NCBI GenBank assembly: GCA_041665365.1
Contig: JBAYIY010000002.1
Span: 2,178 to 66,177, forward strand
Source of the DNA: Patescibacteria group bacterium
Lineage (GTDB): Bacteria > Patescibacteriota > Patescibacteriia > UBA9570
Direction: 5' to 3'
Length of the DNA stretch: 64,000 nucleotides
Shown: positions 16,936-26,618 of the stretch, in pieces
Numbering within the stretch: position 1 is the stretch's first letter
How the letters are laid out: each line of letters begins with the position of its first letter
Position numbers and translations under genes: made by a program
The notes under the pieces: generated by a model
What the model was told of the DNA's origin: nothing
Seen by the model: the letters and a program-made list of their open reading frames with translations, nothing else
The model's database searches: none

Positions 16936-18211
16936 ACTGCCGCACTAATACATCACTGGCGATGCTCTCATCTTCCAAACAGGCTCGTACAACTTTTTCT
17001 AACCGCGCCACCTGTGAACCTTTGACTAAAATAATATCATCTGGTTGTAATAAGGCCGCTACATTACCTGCCGCGGCTTGCGCACTAGCATAATGGTGAA
17101 TCATGTCCGGATTAAACCCATTGTCAGTCGCGGCTTCCGCTATCCAATCGCCTTCATTGCCAATTGTCACCAGTAAATCTATTTCTAAACCGGCTAAATA
17201 TTTTCCGATGGCCGCATGAGATCGTTTGGCACTATTACCTAATTCAGCCATCACTCCTAAAACAGCAATTCTGCGCCCCGGTGTTTTTAACTCATGTAAA
17301 ATGCGTAGTGCTTCTCGCGCCGCCGCCGGTGAAGAATTATAAGTATCATCTAAAATAACACTGTGTTGCTTACCGGGTAATAATCTTAAGCGTCCATTCG
17401 GGCCATGATAATGTTGCAAAGCTGATACTATATCAACCAAATTAATTCCTAATTGCAATCCACAGGCAATGGCAAATAAGGCACTATACACCGTTGGTTT
17501 ACCAACCGCTCCGGGAATAAAAACCGGTACAGTACTACCTATATATTTTACTTTGAATCTAGTTCCGGCTACCTTTGGATCATAAGCTAACTTCATTGGA
17601 TCTTTACTGTAATCTATTTCAACAGCTGCAACATCAGCCGGTTGAGTAGCTGAAATCGTTATAGTTTTAGCTGACAATGAGGCTTGCGCTGCACTAATGA
17701 ACTCATCATCCAAATTCACAATAGCAATATCTGACTTGGTTAAATGCCTCAACATCACTAGTTTCTCAGCGGCTAACGCCTTAACATCAGAGAAAGCTTG
17801 CAGATGAGCCGGAGTATCACTGATCGCCGTAACAATACCAATCTGCGCTGGTGCGATTTGTGTCAGATATTTAATATCACCCGGTTTATCAGCACCCATT
17901 TCTATTATTAGTACGCGCGGATATGGTAACGGCAACAACCCATAACCAATGGCTTTAATACACACCCAAAGCCAGCGTAATGGATTTCGTCCACCACTAG
18001 TGGCACCAATAATAGTTAAAGGCACACCAATCTCATTGTTGTAATTTTCCACTGTGGCACGAACTGAATATTTTTTCTTCAAAACAGCCAAAATGGCTTC
18101 TTTGGTAGAAGTTTTTCCCACACTTCCAGTCACGGCTATAATTATGGGGTGTTGTTTCCATAAAATCAGCTTGGCTAAGTGCTTAAGGAGTGAAAATAAT
18201 ATTGGGTGCAT
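16913..18211 (-). CDS. murF: UDP-MurNAc-tripeptide D-Ala-D-Ala ligase
   Basis: AVTGSVGKTSTKE, NNEIGVPLT, DDTYNSSP, MAELG, LVKGS. Confidence 0.95.
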   Translation of the reverse strand: MHPILFSLLKHLAKLILWKQHPIIIAVTGSVGKTSTKEAILAVLKKKYSVRATVENYNNEIGVPLTIIGATSGGRNPLRWLWVCIKAIGYGLLPLPYPRVLIIEMGADKPGDIKYLTQIAPAQIGIVTAISDTPAHLQAFSDVKALAAEKLVMLRHLTKSDIAIVNLDDEFISAAQASLSAKTITISATQPADVAAVEIDYSKDPMKLAYDPKVAGTRFKVKYIGSTVPVFIPGAVGKPTVYSALFAIACGLQLGINLVDIVSALQHYHGPNGRLRLLPGKQHSVILDDTYNSSPAAAREALRILHELKTPGRRIAVLGVMAELGNSAKRSHAAIGKYLAGLEIDLLVTIGNEGDWIAEAATDNGFNPDMIHHYASAQAAAGNVAALLQPDDIILVKGSQVARLEKVVRACLEDESIASDVLVRQYGKWAKL

Positions 18212-18212
18212 A

Positions 18213-19958
18213 TTAATTTCGATCAGGTGGTATTTGCATATAATTTAACACATCTTTGGCAATTTCTCCCCACACCGGTACAACTGACCCTTCGGCATAT
18301 TGGCTCTTTGGTTCATTCATTTCTATCAACATCACAAATTGTGGATCAGACATTGGTCCAAATCCGATCATAGTATCGTTGTGCTTATATGTACTATAAA
18401 CACCGTTGCTGACGATTAAGGCCGTACCGGTTTTGCCTGCTAAATAATAGCCTGGCACAGCGGCTGGCTTAGCTGTGCCACTATCAATTACACTAACCAA
18501 CATGGCGGTTAAAGTTCTGGCCGCATCAGCACTGATAACTTGTCTTACTTCAGTTGGAGTAGTTGGTATTTCCGCTCCACTAGCTAGAATCCGATTCTCC
18601 ACGATATATGGTTTCATCAACATACCATGATTAGCGACCGCACCGTAGCCAGCTACTAACTGCAATGGCGTCACCATAATACCATGGCCAAACGAACCGG
18701 TATAAGCGTAGACATCTTTCAAGGTTTCTAGAGACGAAATATCTCCACTCCGTTCATTCGCTAAAGTAATACCAGTTTTATCCCCAAACCCAAAGGCTTT
18801 AACATAATCATTTAAAGCCGCATTGCCAATTTGTTGAGTCACAAAAATCGTTCCAAGATTATATGATTTTTCTAACACGGCCGTCATGGTTTGCACGCCA
18901 TGGGCGGCACCATCTGAATTTTTAATGGGCATCCCGGCCACTTTTACTTCGCTGGTATCATTATAGGTGGTAGTCGGTGTCACCTTACCGGTATCTAACC
19001 CCGCCGCCATGGTGAAGGTTTTAAAGGCTGAACCCGGTTCATATTCATCGCTGATAGCGGCATTAGAAAATACATCAACCGATTCAACTTCATTATAATT
19101 ATTTGGATCATACGTTGGGTAATTACACATAGCAATAATTGCTCCAGTACTGGGCTGCATAATAATCAATGTTCCCTTTTTTGCCTCTAAACGTTCAACG
19201 GCTTTGCCTAATTTATCACAGGCACTATATTGAATGTTTTTATCAATCGTTAAAACAATATCATCACCATCAACTGCCCGCTGAATTAAATTATTACCAA
19301 TCGTTAAAAATCTACCCAAAGCATCTTTTTCGCCAGACACATAACCGGCCTGACCAGCCAATTCTTTATTAAAGTAACCCTCTAAGCCATATTGACCAAC
19401 CCGATCAACATCGGAATAACCAAAGTAACCAGTGACATGCGCCAGCGCTGGACCTTCTGAATAATAGCGCCACTGCTCTTCCCGAAAAGTAATACCCGGT
19501 AAATTTTTTTCTTTAATGGCGGTCATCACTTCTTCAGGGACGCGTCGTTTTAAGATTTCATCAGGATCATTCGGTTTGGTTAATTTGGCTTCGATGTCGG
19601 CTTTATCAATTGATAACAATGGCGATAAGTCAGCGGCCGTGACTGCAGCATCTGTGACGTGAATTGGTTCGGCATGTACTTCATATAATACTTTATTGGT
19701 GGCAATTGGGACGTTGCCAGTTTGACTATAGCGATCATGCACTAAAATACTGCCTCGTTCGGGAAATAGTTCTTCAAATAACTCATGATTATCCACCGCT
19801 AAGGCTTCATAGTAACCATGTTGCACTACTTGCACGATAAATAACCGTAAAGCAATCACGCCACCTAACATAACAAAAACCAAGCGCAGATAATCGAGCC
19901 GGTCATACCGACTGCCGCGCGGATGTTTATTGTGAGAAGGCGACCGCTGACGTATCAT
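18213..19958 (-). CDS. ftsI: Class B penicillin-binding protein (FtsI/PBP2-type)
   Basis: ERGSI, YEPGSAFK (SxxK), SYN (SxN), GKTGT; dcw context. Confidence 0.9.
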   Translation of the reverse strand: MIRQRSPSHNKHPRGSRYDRLDYLRLVFVMLGGVIALRLFIVQVVQHGYYEALAVDNHELFEELFPERGSILVHDRYSQTGNVPIATNKVLYEVHAEPIHVTDAAVTAADLSPLLSIDKADIEAKLTKPNDPDEILKRRVPEEVMTAIKEKNLPGITFREEQWRYYSEGPALAHVTGYFGYSDVDRVGQYGLEGYFNKELAGQAGYVSGEKDALGRFLTIGNNLIQRAVDGDDIVLTIDKNIQYSACDKLGKAVERLEAKKGTLIIMQPSTGAIIAMCNYPTYDPNNYNEVESVDVFSNAAISDEYEPGSAFKTFTMAAGLDTGKVTPTTTYNDTSEVKVAGMPIKNSDGAAHGVQTMTAVLEKSYNLGTIFVTQQIGNAALNDYVKAFGFGDKTGITLANERSGDISSLETLKDVYAYTGSFGHGIMVTPLQLVAGYGAVANHGMLMKPYIVENRILASGAEIPTTPTEVRQVISADAARTLTAMLVSVIDSGTAKPAAVPGYYLAGKTGTALIVSNGVYSTYKHNDTMIGFGPMSDPQFVMLIEMNEPKSQYAEGSVVPVWGEIAKDVLNYMQIPPDRN

Positions 19959-20280
19959 CCAAATAATGCACTGAACCAGCTGCCACTAGATGGTACCGTT
20001 CACTCATATCGCTCACATGAGGCAAAGCTAACACTTCAGAAATTTCTAATTCCATCTTTTGATTATTGGCTTTGGTTTGATTAATATCATGATTCAACGC
20101 GGACACAGTAAAAGATTCAGCCGCCGTAGAATTAACAATCACTAAATAAGCCGCTCCACCAATTAAGAGTAAACCAATCATAATAAGATTAATGACAATT
20201 GTGTTTTGCCACAACGGTAAAGCCACCACCTGTTTTTGTTGGCTCAATTTACTGTTAGTGAGGCGAGTTATTTTTGTCAT
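19927..20280 (-). CDS. FtsL-like cell division protein
   Basis: Single TM helix plus coiled coil, located between rsmH and ftsI. Confidence 0.6.
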   Translation of the reverse strand: MTKITRLTNSKLSQQKQVVALPLWQNTIVINLIMIGLLLIGGAAYLVIVNSTAAESFTVSALNHDINQTKANNQKMELEISEVLALPHVSDMSERYHLVAAGSVHYLDDTSAVAFSQ

Positions 20281-20286
20281 AGCATT

Positions 20287-21222
20287 TTATATTTTTTGGA
20301 TAACCCGTAATTTAGCGCTACGGGAACGTGGATTGGTTCTAATTTCTGTATCACTGGGCACCAGTGGATGTTTGGTTAAGAGCGTAGCTACCGGCTGTGG
20401 GTGACAGGTGCATACTGGGAGCTCGGGTGGACACACACATTTGGTACTACTCCAATTAATAAATTGCTGTTTTACTATCCTGTCTTCTAGTGAATGGAAG
20501 GTTATGACGGCCATCCTTCCACCAGGAGACAAGACAGTAAACGCGGCAGTTAACATACTTTGCAATGTCTCTAACTCATCATTCACGGCAATGCGACAGG
20601 CTTGCCATATTTTTGCCAGGAGATCACTCGACTGGCTATGAAAAGCCTGCTGCACACATGCCAACACGTCAGCGACGGTAATGATCGGGCGATCCAGACG
20701 CCTGGAAATAATCGTCCGAACCAGCCGGTGTGGGTTTGATAACTCACCATAGCGCCGAAACATCTGGACGAGCATCGCAGACGTATCAGTATTGAGCAGA
20801 TCCGCCGCGGTGGTAGGCAAGGTGGGATCCATCCGTAAATCGAATGGATCAGACAGCGCCCGGAAGGAAAAACCTCGTCCGCGTTGGAACTGATCGGATG
20901 AATAACCAAGATCAAATAACACACCGTTTACCTGACCCGTAATACTCCAAGTAGCACAGGCTGTGGCGATGGTTTTGGCATTGGCCGTAATTGGAATGAA
21001 CTGACTAGAACCAAATTGTTTTCTAAACCGCTCCTGCACCAGGGTAATAGCTGCTGGATCCTGATCGAAGCCATACAACTGACCACTGGGTTGAATTCGT
21101 TCCAGCAGTGCAGCCGCGTGACCTCCCCCACCGAGTGTGCCATCAATCATGATGTCACACACCTGTGGGTTCAGGAGCCTGATTACCTCCTCAGCTAGGA
21201 CTGGTATATGTGCGGTAGGCAT
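20287..21222 (-). CDS. rsmH: 16S rRNA m4C1402 methyltransferase
   Basis: HIPVL, DGTLGGGGHA, DLGYSS, FHSLEDRIVK, NPRSRSAKLR. Start moved to the ATG at 21222. Confidence 0.95.
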   Translation of the reverse strand: MPTAHIPVLAEEVIRLLNPQVCDIMIDGTLGGGGHAAALLERIQPSGQLYGFDQDPAAITLVQERFRKQFGSSQFIPITANAKTIATACATWSITGQVNGVLFDLGYSSDQFQRGRGFSFRALSDPFDLRMDPTLPTTAADLLNTDTSAMLVQMFRRYGELSNPHRLVRTIISRRLDRPIITVADVLACVQQAFHSQSSDLLAKIWQACRIAVNDELETLQSMLTAAFTVLSPGGRMAVITFHSLEDRIVKQQFINWSSTKCVCPPELPVCTCHPQPVATLLTKHPLVPSDTEIRTNPRSRSAKLRVIQKI

Positions 21223-21278
21223 AACAATTTTTAAGGTTCCACAGCGCCGAGCCAATTTCCACTCGGCAGTGTCGATCC

Positions 21279-21710
21279 TCAAACACCTAATTGTGAAAGG
21301 GCCTCCGCAATACTGGTACTTTCCTTTTCAGTTGCGGCTTTATAAGTCTTCCAAGTGGCTTCATCCCACACTTCTAAACGGTTATACAAACCAGCCACCA
21401 CTACAGCTTTATTGATACCGGCATATTGTCGGAGATATTCCGGAACAACCACTCTCCCCTGCTTATCTAAAGAACAATCCATCGCTCCGGCTAACATTAA
21501 ACGAGCAAAGGCACGATTATTAGCTTGGGCTAGTGGCAAAGTCGCTAACTTATCGGCGAGTTTCTTCCATTCATCAGCTGAATAAACGAACAAACAGCGG
21601 TCAATGCCGCGAGTGATGACAGCTCCATGTGCAAAATCTTCCCGAAACTTAACCGGGAGAGCCAAGCGGGCTTTATCATCAATATTGTGTTGGTATTCAC
21701 CGATAAACAT
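21279..21710 (-). CDS. mraZ: Transcriptional regulator MraZ
   Basis: MFIGEYQHNIDDKARL and LDKQGRV (DxxxR repeats). Confidence 0.97.
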   Translation of the reverse strand: MFIGEYQHNIDDKARLALPVKFREDFAHGAVITRGIDRCLFVYSADEWKKLADKLATLPLAQANNRAFARLMLAGAMDCSLDKQGRVVVPEYLRQYAGINKAVVVAGLYNRLEVWDEATWKTYKAATEKESTSIAEALSQLGV

Positions 21711-21744
21711 AGCTTACACTTTGACTTATACACTTAATGGCTTA

Positions 21745-21824
21745 GTTATCCCCAAAGTTATCCCCACTTTCTACCACTTTGTTTAACTTTTTACCATTAT
21801 ATACCACTACGTTTCCAATGTAAA
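21745..21824 (-). promoter_or_regulatory. mraZ promoter with MraZ-binding GTGG repeats
   Basis: Minus strand: TTTACA-17 nt-TATAAT, then AAGTGGTAGAAAGTGGGGATAACTTTGGGG. Confidence 0.75.
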
Positions 21825-21852
21825 CCCTTTTATACCCAAAACACCGCGGGTG

Positions 21853-21905
21853 ACACGAAACAACGCAGCGGACGAATATTATTCGTCCGCTGCGTTGTTT
21901 CGTGT
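21853..21905. repeat. Perfect inverted repeat, 26-bp arms with 1-nt centre; possible terminator
   Basis: ACACGAAACAACGCAGCGGACGAATA-T-TATTCGTCCGCTGCGTTGTTTCGTGT. Confidence 0.85.
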
Positions 21906-21926
21906 TTTGTGGGGTGTTGGTTCGGT

Positions 21927-23564
21927 TTACGTAATTGGCAGTTTCACCGTAAATGTCGAACCACGGCCAATGGCTGAGATTAACTCAATGGTGCCGCCGT
22001 GTTTTTCAATAATACTTTTAACAATATAAAGGCCTAACCCGGAACCGGATGGATCTTTAATAACCGCTTCACGCCCGCGGAAAAACTTGGTATATAATTT
22101 ATCCCGGGTGATTTCGGACATCCCAATGCCATGATCAATCACGCGCACCACCACTTCTTCACGTTGTAACTCCATGGTGATCGTTACTACCTGAGTAGCG
22201 GAAGAATATTTTACAGCGTTATCTAATAAATTTTGAAAAGCCATTTTAATCTTTTGCCGATCGAGTTTTAGTAATGGAATAGATGACGGCGGCGTAAACT
22301 CAATCATTACCTGTAAGCGCTCAGCGTGTACCCGCGTGGCTGTCACTATTTCCTGCAACACATCAAGCAACGAAGTATCCACAAATGTTAACGGTAAACG
22401 CCCCCCTTCAATTTCGGACACATCTAATAAATTGTTCACTATCTCAATCACCTCTTCATTACGTTGATACCCTTTCGCAATTAGATCCTGTTGTTTATCG
22501 GTCATGGGCCCGCCATCACCATCTAATAATAGTTTAAATAACCATTTCAAAGTTGATAACGGCGTGCGCAACTGATGAGCCGCCACTGAAATAAAATCTG
22601 ACTTCATTTGATCCAGATCTTTCTCCTTGGTGATATTACGCAAAATTACCAAGGCGCCAATATTACTCCCATCAGAATCTGACACTTGCAAAGCTGTGGC
22701 TTGCACAATGACATGTTCATCCCCTTCTTGAATAATCATCTCCGTACTTTCATACACCGAGCCTTTGGTGGCACCCCGAATAAATTTTACTAAATCATGC
22801 AACGCTGGTGGAAATTGATTAGGTAAAAATATTTTGTTGACGTATTGATTGGTGTGGATATGTAACAAACGTTGCGCATATGGATTCATTAACACTACGC
22901 GACCACGATAATCTAATAAAATTACGCCATCAACTAAATTGTTGACAATCGACACCACTTTATCGCGTTCTGATTCAATGGCCGCCTCACGTTGTTTGAT
23001 TAAATTGTTAATAAAAGCTGAAAAAAATGAAATACAAATTAAAGTAAATACCACGGTTGAACCATTATTTACCGTCGCAGTGATATTTCCAAAAAAACCC
23101 GGATCATAATTATACGGTGTCAGGTGTGGCAAAACGGTACTATGTTCCAAGATTAACAGGCCGATATAGAGAAACACTGTAAACAACATTAAGCCGATAA
23201 TTTGTATTTCATTAAATAATATTATGGCCATAAATAATGTCACAAAATAAAACAAGAAGGTGTAACTCTCTATACCCCCTGTCATGTACAGCACAATCGT
23301 ATAGAGAATTTGATCGAGCATAATTTGCGTAATACAAACAATCTGTAAACCACGATTTGTAATTTGCTTTAAGGGTCGACGTAAATAGAAATAAAAAATC
23401 GCATTGTAACTATAACTCACAAGCAACAGAACAAATATGATTGGATTAAAATGTACCACGCCGGCAATTTGCTGAATTAAGCCCAAAATGGCAAACAAAG
23501 CGTGCAGTACCCACCGGCTGGCAATAATATAATGCAACAATTTAACGCGTCGCTCTTTATTCAT
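21927..23564 (-). CDS. Membrane sensor histidine kinase with PAS domain
   Basis: Multi-TM N-terminus, PAS (LVDGVILLD), AHQLRTPL, NLLDNAVKY, DHGIG, GSGLGL. Confidence 0.93.
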   Translation of the reverse strand: MNKERRVKLLHYIIASRWVLHALFAILGLIQQIAGVVHFNPIIFVLLLVSYSYNAIFYFYLRRPLKQITNRGLQIVCITQIMLDQILYTIVLYMTGGIESYTFLFYFVTLFMAIILFNEIQIIGLMLFTVFLYIGLLILEHSTVLPHLTPYNYDPGFFGNITATVNNGSTVVFTLICISFFSAFINNLIKQREAAIESERDKVVSIVNNLVDGVILLDYRGRVVLMNPYAQRLLHIHTNQYVNKIFLPNQFPPALHDLVKFIRGATKGSVYESTEMIIQEGDEHVIVQATALQVSDSDGSNIGALVILRNITKEKDLDQMKSDFISVAAHQLRTPLSTLKWLFKLLLDGDGGPMTDKQQDLIAKGYQRNEEVIEIVNNLLDVSEIEGGRLPLTFVDTSLLDVLQEIVTATRVHAERLQVMIEFTPPSSIPLLKLDRQKIKMAFQNLLDNAVKYSSATQVVTITMELQREEVVVRVIDHGIGMSEITRDKLYTKFFRGREAVIKDPSGSGLGLYIVKSIIEKHGGTIELISAIGRGSTFTVKLPIT

Positions 23565-23872
23565 AAAGCGGGTTGACTGTAAGTTGGTTGAAGTTGTTTG
23601 ACTGGTGTTTGGCCATCAAATAATTGCAAATTCTTACTATAAGCTAACGCATTGAAAATGGTGGCTAATACTCTAATTAAAGTAAAAGATTGAGCCTGAT
23701 TTACTAGCACTAAAGCCTCAATTGGGTCTGCCCCGAGAAATTGACTGATCTCAGCTAATAAATGATCGGCTTTGGATTGTTCTAAAACTTTTTGTCGGAT
23801 AAGTTTATCAGCCTGACGATAAGTTAGGATAACATGATTGAGTTGTGATGGATCACATTCTAAAATATACAT
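23561..23872 (-). CDS. Short TsaB-like protein
   Basis: ADHLLAEI..SFTLIRV..NALAY..PTY pattern resembles the N-domain of TsaB (GPGSFTGLR degenerate). Start set at the ATG at 23872. Confidence 0.55.
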   Translation of the reverse strand: MYILECDPSQLNHVILTYRQADKLIRQKVLEQSKADHLLAEISQFLGADPIEALVLVNQAQSFTLIRVLATIFNALAYSKNLQLFDGQTPVKQLQPTYSQPAL

Positions 23873-23873
23873 A

Positions 23874-24584
23874 TTATAAATTAGGTGACCACCCACCGGC
23901 TATTTCTAGATTAGCACCGGACACATATTTTGCCTCAGGTGAAATTAACCAACGCACAGCAGTTGTAATGTCCTCAAACTTGGCTGGATGTTGCATTGGT
24001 AAGGCTTGCGTTACCAAACTGTTTTCCACGATACCCGGAGACATACAATTCACTGTAATATTTTCATGAGCTAATAACGACGCGTATGATTTGGTTAAAG
24101 TAATCACACCGGCTTTGGCAATGTAATACGGCACGGTATATTTTCGCGCTAAGGTTTGTTCAGCGGTGACACAACCAAAATTAATAATCCTTCCTCCCCC
24201 ACTGGTGCGCAATAATGGTATGGCGGCTTGCATACACGCCAATGTTGCGCGCACATTACTCGAAATAACGTCATCAAATTCTTCCAGTGTTACCTGACTA
24301 ATGGGATGATATACCCCAAAAGAACCAATTGTGTTGATTAGAACATCTAAACGCCCATAGGTGTGGTGAATCGCCTGAAATAATCTGGTCACTTCATCAT
24401 TATGGCGCAAATCGGCTTGCATCATCCGTGAGGCTGGAGCATGAATTTGAACCTGATGTAACACTTGTTTGGCGGCTTCGGCACTATGCCTATAATGCAC
24501 CACAACAGTAGCCCCTTGCGCCGCGAGATCTAAAGCGATAGCTCGACCAATTCCCTTGGCCGCACCGGTAACAACTGCAATCAT
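23874..24584 (-). CDS. Short-chain dehydrogenase/reductase
   Basis: VTGAAKGIG, YYIAK, VNCMSPG. Confidence 0.92.
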   Translation of the reverse strand: MIAVVTGAAKGIGRAIALDLAAQGATVVVHYRHSAEAAKQVLHQVQIHAPASRMMQADLRHNDEVTRLFQAIHHTYGRLDVLINTIGSFGVYHPISQVTLEEFDDVISSNVRATLACMQAAIPLLRTSGGGRIINFGCVTAEQTLARKYTVPYYIAKAGVITLTKSYASLLAHENITVNCMSPGIVENSLVTQALPMQHPAKFEDITTAVRWLISPEAKYVSGANLEIAGGWSPNL

Positions 24585-24621
24585 AATGACGATACTGTAT
24601 CATATATGATAGACTTTCACC

Positions 24622-25488
24622 ATGTTAACCATCATGCTACCAATCGCCGGATTAATCTTACTTGGCTACATTTTAGGTCGTTTTAAACTCATCTCACCAA
24701 CGTGGATTGGAGTGTTTAATAATTATGGTTATTACATTGGTTTGCCAGCTTTAGTATTTAATAGTTTGGCCTTTGCCACTATTCAATGGCAACAATATAG
24801 CTTAATTTTTTTGATTCAAATTATTTTAGGGGCGGCCTTAATGTTGTTGGCACATTTTATTGGAGGCAAACAGCGCAACACTTATAGTATTGGCATTTAC
24901 TTTTCCAATGCCGGCTATGTTGGTATACCCATACTGCAAATGGCGCTGGGCACTTCGGCCGCGGCTGAAGGCACGGTGATTGTGGCTGCTATGGTTGTTA
25001 TGACTTCAACCTTGGGTTTAGGTTTAATGAGCCATGTCAAAATAAAACACTTACTCACAAATCCATTATTATGGCTGACGATTGTCGGTTTTCTGGTGAG
25101 TGCCTGTCAGTTTGTATTACCAGACGCCATAATTAAACTTAGTGGCATGGTTGCCGCCACCGCCTCCCCAATTGCCATGTTAGCCCTGGGTGCTTTTATG
25201 GCTTATAACCATCCAAAAAAATCAACTTTAAAAATAGCGGCTCGTTTAACTTTTGCTAAAATGATTATTGTACCGTTAGTTGTTGGTATAATCATTTGGC
25301 TACTACCAAATAGCCAATGGTTAAACACTACCTTTATTCAAGTGTGTATGCCAGTAGCCGTTACCGCGTTTGCGTTTGCTGAAATCTATCCAATTGATAA
25401 ATCGACTATTTCTAATGCGATTGTATTGAGTACACTCACTAGCCTTGTGACGATCCCGTTGGCGTTGTGGTTGCTCCCGATGTTGTAG
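24622..25488 (+). CDS. AEC-family (auxin efflux carrier) transporter
   Basis: GLPALVF, FSNAGYVGIP, PIAMLALG, MPVAV; about 10 TM helices. Confidence 0.88.
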   Translation: MLTIMLPIAGLILLGYILGRFKLISPTWIGVFNNYGYYIGLPALVFNSLAFATIQWQQYSLIFLIQIILGAALMLLAHFIGGKQRNTYSIGIYFSNAGYVGIPILQMALGTSAAAEGTVIVAAMVVMTSTLGLGLMSHVKIKHLLTNPLLWLTIVGFLVSACQFVLPDAIIKLSGMVAATASPIAMLALGAFMAYNHPKKSTLKIAARLTFAKMIIVPLVVGIIIWLLPNSQWLNTTFIQVCMPVAVTAFAFAEIYPIDKSTISNAIVLSTLTSLVTIPLALWLLPML

Positions 25489-26563
25489 CGCGTTTCTTTC
25501 CAAACATTCTGGCTACTAAAACAATAACTACAACTAATACAACTACGGCAATTAAGGCGATCCAAATGTTTTTTATCAGTAAAACAACCCCCCATAGCAC
25601 AACCCACATCACAGCACCGAACAATCCTGCCACAAAACCGATTATCGCATCAAAACCACGATCAATACGTCCACCAATGAATGGGATAAATCGGAAAACA
25701 TTGGTTAAAGCCGTTAACGGACTAACGATCATCGACATACCAACCACCATTAAGATAAATGACAAAATACGTAAGCCCCATTTTGTACTAGTATCTTGAG
25801 ATTTTATTTCCGATAAAGTACCGGCATAATCAACATTCGAGATAACATAAGGCTTATTATCCGCCGCTGTAGAAATTTTGCCATTAGCTGAGGTACCGGC
25901 CACCAATTTTACATTACTGGCCTCATAATATTTATAGATATTACGTTGATCCCCAATCGCCGGAGTGGCATTGGTGGTAGTGGTATAATCCTGTGTCCCA
26001 ATAAAATTTACATCAGATGATGGTTGGATACTATAAGATCCAACCGTGAATGGTTGATAAGCGGTCTTGGTATCGATTGTATTCCAATCAGTGCGCTCAA
26101 TTTGGTAACACGACTGACAATTTTTACCATCAGAATCACACTCATCCGGTAAATTCTGAATCACTCGCTCATTACTGCTTAAACTACCACATTTTCGCTC
26201 CTGTTTACTATCGAAGCGTTGGGTTTGCGTATTTAAATAAATACAATCAGTGGCGGCAGTGGTGTTTGGACAAGTTAAACCGTCCGTCACAGTAGCCGTA
26301 CCAGAAACGGCGACATAACCAGGTTGGACATCATTAGATTGCACCTGCGCGGCGGTGGCAAAATCCTGCGCTTTGTGTTGTGACTCGGCGTACCACAAGG
26401 CCAATGGTGAACCAATTAAAACAAAACCAATCCCCAATAAGGCGGCAATAAAACTGCCTACAATGCCACCAGATTTTCGCACCGTGTATGGGCGACGACC
26501 CATGTTGCCGGCCACGTTTCCAGCCATGTTACCTAAGTTTAGATTATTGAGATTTAATGCCAT
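25439..26563 (-). CDS. Membrane protein, TMEM43-like topology, with a Cys-rich extracellular insert
   Basis: One N-terminal TM, a soluble domain with six Cys, then three C-terminal TMs (KWGLRILSFILM). Confidence 0.6.
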   Translation of the reverse strand: MALNLNNLNLGNMAGNVAGNMGRRPYTVRKSGGIVGSFIAALLGIGFVLIGSPLALWYAESQHKAQDFATAAQVQSNDVQPGYVAVSGTATVTDGLTCPNTTAATDCIYLNTQTQRFDSKQERKCGSLSSNERVIQNLPDECDSDGKNCQSCYQIERTDWNTIDTKTAYQPFTVGSYSIQPSSDVNFIGTQDYTTTTNATPAIGDQRNIYKYYEASNVKLVAGTSANGKISTAADNKPYVISNVDYAGTLSEIKSQDTSTKWGLRILSFILMVVGMSMIVSPLTALTNVFRFIPFIGGRIDRGFDAIIGFVAGLFGAVMWVVLWGVVLLIKNIWIALIAVVVLVVVIVLVARMFGKKRATTSGATTTPTGSSQG

Positions 26564-26618
26564 ATGAATTAATTAAGAATTAAGAATTAAGAATTATGGT
26601 TAGGATAACATAATTTAA

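Noticed and set aside
26571-26596. AATTAAG heptamer tandem repeat
   Set aside because: Only about three units in an AT-rich spacer; no supporting function.
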